Source: Bathymodiolus heckerae thiotrophic gill symbiont
GTDB taxonomy: Bacteria; Pseudomonadota; Gammaproteobacteria; PS1; Pseudothioglobaceae
Assembly: GCF_900180345.1 (NCBI RefSeq)
Contig: NZ_FXLV01000026.1
Coordinates: 1-19,548, forward strand
Direction of reading: 5' to 3'
Length of the DNA stretch: 19,548 nucleotides
The notes under the pieces were generated by a model. It worked only from the letters and a program-made list of their open reading frames with translations. It was not told where the DNA came from and ran no database searches. This document shows positions 15,818 through 19,548 of the stretch, one piece after another. Made by a program: the position numbers and the translations under genes. The first letter of the stretch is position 1, and each line of letters opens with the position of its first letter.

Positions 15818-17106
15818 TTACTCGCCTATCCACACAGCAAACTGATTTTCAAGATAAACTATCTAATTTACTCGCTTGGGAAGGTGTGTCTAATGCTGAT
15901 GTCGTTCAAATCGTTGACGATATTATTGCCAATATCAAGGCCAATGGCGATACAGCACTGGTTGATTACAGCATCAAATTTGATGGCGTAAATGCCGCCA
16001 ATATGTCAGACTTGACTATTGCATTGCCGGCACTCAAAACAGCCTTTGAGTCGCTAGATAACAAGGAAAAAACCGCACTACAAATAGCGGCCGATAGAGT
16101 GCGTTTCTACCACGAAAAACAACACCAAGACACTTGGACTTATGCCGAAGATAACGGCACCGTATTAGGGCAAAAAATTACCCCAATTGAACGAGTAGGT
16201 CTATATGTACCAGGTGGAAAAGCGGCCTACCCTTCTTCGGTGTTGATGAACGCCATCCCTGCCAAGGTCGCTGGCGTACAAGATTTAATTATGGTCGTGC
16301 CCACACCAAATGGTGTTACCAATCCATTGGTTTTAGCAGCGGCATATATTTCAGGCGTTACCCAAGTGTTTACCGTGGGTGGCGCACAGGCAATAGCGGC
16401 ACTGGCTTATGGCACGCAAACCATACCAAAGGTTGATAAAATTGTCGGTCCAGGTAATATTTTTGTCGCTACTGCCAAACGAGCAGTATTTGGTCAAGTT
16501 GGCATTGATATGATCGCAGGACCGAGTGAAATTCTCATTATTTGCGATGGCAAAACCGACCCTGATTGGATTGCTATGGACTTGTTTTCCCAAGCCGAAC
16601 ACGACGAAGATGCGCAATCGATCTTACTTTGCCCTGATAAAGATTTTATTAATAAAGTAGAAAAAAGCATTGAAAAACTTTTGCCAACTATGGACAGAAA
16701 AGCCATTATCGCCAAGGCACTTAAAGACCGTGGCGCTTTAATCCACACCAAAGACATAAATGAAGCCATCGCTATTTCTAACCAAATTGCACCCGAACAT
16801 TTGGAACTTTCTGTCGAAAATCCTAAAGCCATGCTTGATAATATAAAACACGCTGGTGCAATCTTTATGGGTAGAAACACCTGTGAGGCGCTCGGCGATT
16901 ATTGCGCAGGCCCTAATCATGTATTGCCCACCTCTGGCACTGCTCGTTTCTCATCGCCGCTCGGTGTTTATGACTTCCAAAAAAAATCCAGCTTAATTAT
17001 GGTATCTGACCAAGGCGCAAACACACTTGGTGAAATTGCCGCTACTCTAGCAGATGGCGAAGGCTTACAAGCGCACGCCCAATCTGCTCGCTATCGCATA
17101 AAATAA
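15814..17106 (+). CDS. hisD: Histidinol dehydrogenase
   Basis: The 430-aa ORF carries the [10 protein letters not shown] and [13 protein letters not shown] motifs characteristic of HisD. Confidence 0.96.
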   Translation: MITRLSTQQTDFQDKLSNLLAWEGVSNADVVQIVDDIIANIKANGDTALVDYSIKFDGVNAANMSDLTIALPALKTAFESLDNKEKTALQIAADRVRFYHEKQHQDTWTYAEDNGTVLGQKITPIERVGLYVPGGKAAYPSSVLMNAIPAKVAGVQDLIMVVPTPNGVTNPLVLAAAYISGVTQVFTVGGAQAIAALAYGTQTIPKVDKIVGPGNIFVATAKRAVFGQVGIDMIAGPSEILIICDGKTDPDWIAMDLFSQAEHDEDAQSILLCPDKDFINKVEKSIEKLLPTMDRKAIIAKALKDRGALIHTKDINEAIAISNQIAPEHLELSVENPKAMLDNIKHAGAIFMGRNTCEALGDYCAGPNHVLPTSGTARFSSPLGVYDFQKKSSLIMVSDQGANTLGEIAATLADGEGLQAHAQSARYRIK

Positions 17107-17277
17107 CTTCGTCTTTTTGTCTTCTGCTGTATTATATTTTATAAAATTTTCAATCACATAGTTTTTACTATGCTTAATCAAATTCTATACAATTTGCCTT
17201 GCATAAAAAAATACTCATTATTTAGCTCTAAAATAGTTAACCTGAGAGCAAAGAATACTCCAGCAAGTTCTATCAGT

Positions 17278-18699
17278 TTAAAACGGGAACTTATTACTAC
17301 CGCCCATATTAGGTAGTTTCATACCCGACAAGTCAGGCATACTGCCACCCTCGCCGCCACCTTGCAATCCTGCCATTTTTGCCATCATTTTTTGCATTTT
17401 TCCACCACTCATTTTCTTCATCTGTTTTTGCATTTTTTCAAATTGCTTTAGCAGTTTGTTGATGTCTTGTGGCTGAGTGCCAGAGCCTTTGGCAATACGG
17501 TTTTTGCGTGAGCCTTTGATAAGTTTAATGTGGGTGCGTTCTTTACGGGTCATGGAATTGATGATAGCCACCATTTTTTTGGTTTCAACCGTGCCCATCA
17601 TTTGGTTTTTAACACTCTGTGGAATCTGCCCCATACCAGGCATTTTGTCCATCAAAGCCTCCATCCCACCCATTTGCTCCATTTGCAAAAGTTGATCACG
17701 CATATCCTCTAAATCAAACTGCCCTTTTGCCATTTTTTTGGCAGATTTTTCAGCTTTTTTATGGTCAATTTTTTGTCCAATTTCTTCAATCAATGACAAG
17801 ACATCGCCCATGCCTAACAGACGGGAAACAATCCTATCTGGATGGAAGGGCTCTAGTGCATCGAACTTTTCACCCACACCTAGGAATTTAATCGGTTTGC
17901 CAGTAATATGACGCACGGAAAGCGCCGCGCCACCTCTGGCATCGCCATCAGTTTTGGTTAAAATAATGCCTGTTAATGGCAGTGCATCGGCGAAGGCTTT
18001 GGCAGTATGCGCAGCATCTTGACCTGTCATGGCATCAACCACAAACAAAGTTTCAATTGGATTTACCTGTTTTTGCAAGGCCTGAATTTCGCTCATCATT
18101 TGCTCATCAATGTGCAAACGACCTGCGGTATCAACCAACAACACATCGAAAAATTGCTTTTGTGCGTGTTTTTTGGCACTGGCGACGATTTTCTCTGGCT
18201 TATCGTTAATGCTAGAAGGGAAAAAATCTACTCCAACTTGTTTTGCCAACACTTCTAACTGAGTAATGGCCGCAGGACGATAAACATCGGCACTAACCAC
18301 CAAGACTTTTTTGTTTTCTCGCTCTTTTAAATAACGCGCTAACTTAGCAATTGAAGTGGTTTTACCTGCACCTTGCAAACCTGCTACCATCACTACTGCG
18401 GGCGGTTGTGCCCTTAAATCTAGAGTTTTGTTTTCACCACCAATAATCTCGGTAAGTTCTGTTTCTACCAGTTTGATAAAGACTTGTGACGGATTAAGCC
18501 CTTCGCCAACTTTAAGCCCCAAAGCTTTTTCTTGCACCTTATCAAGAAACACCTTGATGACTTCAAGCGCAACATCAGCCTCCAATAAGGCACGGCGTAC
18601 TTCACGAATGGCATCTTTAATATTGGATTCTGAGAGTTTATTTTTGCCTTGTAAGGCCTTAAAACTGTTGGCAAGGCGGTCGGTTAAATTATCAAACAT
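17278..18699 (-). CDS. ffh: Signal recognition particle protein Ffh
   Basis: The 473-aa ORF has NG-domain GTPase motifs (GLQGAGKTT, DTAGR, TKTDGD) and a Met-rich M domain with a Gly/Met-rich tail. Confidence 0.97.
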   Translation of the reverse strand: MFDNLTDRLANSFKALQGKNKLSESNIKDAIREVRRALLEADVALEVIKVFLDKVQEKALGLKVGEGLNPSQVFIKLVETELTEIIGGENKTLDLRAQPPAVVMVAGLQGAGKTTSIAKLARYLKERENKKVLVVSADVYRPAAITQLEVLAKQVGVDFFPSSINDKPEKIVASAKKHAQKQFFDVLLVDTAGRLHIDEQMMSEIQALQKQVNPIETLFVVDAMTGQDAAHTAKAFADALPLTGIILTKTDGDARGGAALSVRHITGKPIKFLGVGEKFDALEPFHPDRIVSRLLGMGDVLSLIEEIGQKIDHKKAEKSAKKMAKGQFDLEDMRDQLLQMEQMGGMEALMDKMPGMGQIPQSVKNQMMGTVETKKMVAIINSMTRKERTHIKLIKGSRKNRIAKGSGTQPQDINKLLKQFEKMQKQMKKMSGGKMQKMMAKMAGLQGGGEGGSMPDLSGMKLPNMGGSNKFPF

Positions 18700-18762
18700 T
18701 TTTAATATAAATATAACTAAAGTATCGTATTATAGTGGTTTGTATTAATTCAAAAAATAATT

Positions 18763-19548
18763 ATGCTTTTATCTTACTTTGCAATTGTTGCCTATTTAAT
18801 TGCAGCCCTGTTATTAATGCGTTTTTTCACCAAAAATGACCTACAACATCGTCATCAAAAAAGCATTTTTTTATTACTCAGTTTTGCCATTATTACGCAC
18901 ACTTTGACCTTTAGCGATTTTTGGACAACTGACGGTGTGTTTTTTGGACTGGCTAATAGCGCCTCTTTTGTGGCTTGGTTGGTAGCAATTTTATTGTTCT
19001 TATCCTCTATTTCCAAGCCTGTGCATGCGCTCGGTATTTTGGTGTATCCATTGGTTGCTGCATCGCTACTATTCAGTATTTTATTCCCCGATACAGCTGA
19101 AAAAACCATTCCCTTAAATATCGCTTCTCATGTGTTTTTATCCATCACCGCCTACGCCCTACTTGCTCTAGCTGTATGTCAATCGGTGTTGTTAAAAACC
19201 CAAGAAAAACACTTACACGCAAAAAAAATCAATGGTTTTATCAGTAAATTACCGCCACTGCAGACTATGGAAGCACTGTTGTTTCAAAGTCTTAGAATTG
19301 GTTTTTATTTGCTCACCCTTTCGCTTATCAGCGGTTTTATTTTCATTGATGATTTATTTTCCCAGCATCTGGTTCACAAAACTGCCCTTTCTGTCATTGC
19401 TTGGGTTATTTTTGCCACACTCATTTTTGGCAGAAAGGTCTTTGGCTGGCGTGGGAAACAAGCTATTACTGCCATACAAATCGGCTTTGGTGTTTTAGTG
19501 CTTGCCTATTACGGTTCTAAGTTCGTCTTAGAACGCTTATTGTCTTAA
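18763..19548 (+). CDS. ypjD: Cytochrome c assembly family inner-membrane protein (YpjD/CcsA-like)
   Basis: The 261-aa polytopic membrane protein has a C-terminal half (LPPLQTMEALLF...GWRGKQ...LAYYGSKFV) that parallels E. coli YpjD. It is divergent from ffh, as in E. coli. Its stop codon is the last triplet of the window. Confidence 0.85.
   Translation: MLLSYFAIVAYLIAALLLMRFFTKNDLQHRHQKSIFLLLSFAIITHTLTFSDFWTTDGVFFGLANSASFVAWLVAILLFLSSISKPVHALGILVYPLVAASLLFSILFPDTAEKTIPLNIASHVFLSITAYALLALAVCQSVLLKTQEKHLHAKKINGFISKLPPLQTMEALLFQSLRIGFYLLTLSLISGFIFIDDLFSQHLVHKTALSVIAWVIFATLIFGRKVFGWRGKQAITAIQIGFGVLVLAYYGSKFVLERLLS

Noticed and set aside
17107-17277. The convergent hisD/ffh intergenic region, examined for an ncRNA or a strong terminator.
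   Set aside because: I found only weak 5-bp hairpins (e.g. CATAG-TTTTTA-CTATG) and an AT-rich 47-codon ORF that runs into ffh. Nothing is supportable.
17283-17289. A CGGGAAC match to part of the REP 18-mer.
   Set aside because: It is only 7 nt, lies inside the last codons of ffh and has no palindromic partner, so it is a chance match.
17477-18748. A cluster of plus-strand ORFs of 60-130 aa (17477-17695, 17530-17712, 17619-17891, 17976-18209, 18007-18258, 18356-18748), plus the minus-strand ORF at 18465-18674.
   Set aside because: All overlap ffh, either antisense or out of frame, so they are shadow ORFs.
1-19548. A whole-window search for CRISPR-like spaced repeats, rRNA, integrase or phage genes, toxin-antitoxin pairs, or known defence-system signatures.
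   Set aside because: I saw none by eye. The only short repeat family is the REP 18-mer, which is palindromic and associated with a RAYT rather than being a CRISPR repeat.

Overview
This is an AT-rich, gene-dense chromosomal window. Its gene content and order (cmk-rpsA-ihfB, divergent ffh/ypjD, mlaC-murA-hisG-hisD, uvrC, lysS, uup) look like the core genome of a gammaproteobacterium. About 20 protein genes and one tRNA-Lys(UUU) are supported, and nearly all are housekeeping. I saw no rRNA, CRISPR array, prophage block or recognisable defence or toxin module, and I could not identify a convincing multi-gene undescribed system. Three stretches are not ordinary. (1) A single REP-associated tyrosine transposase (RAYT, Y1/HUH) gene at 7005-7655 is bracketed by three perfect copies of an 18-nt GC-rich palindromic REP. 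That cassette is in turn bracketed by a diverged ~48-nt duplication of the start of the neighbouring ABC-F gene uup. (2) A ParA-like ATPase gene runs off the left edge directly beside the 3' end of the tRNA-Lys, which may mark an island boundary. (3) Two small ORFs below the ORF-track size cutoff lie downstream of uvrC, and one gives a clean signal-peptide protein only after a 1-nt correction in a T5 run. Interest scores are modest to reflect this.
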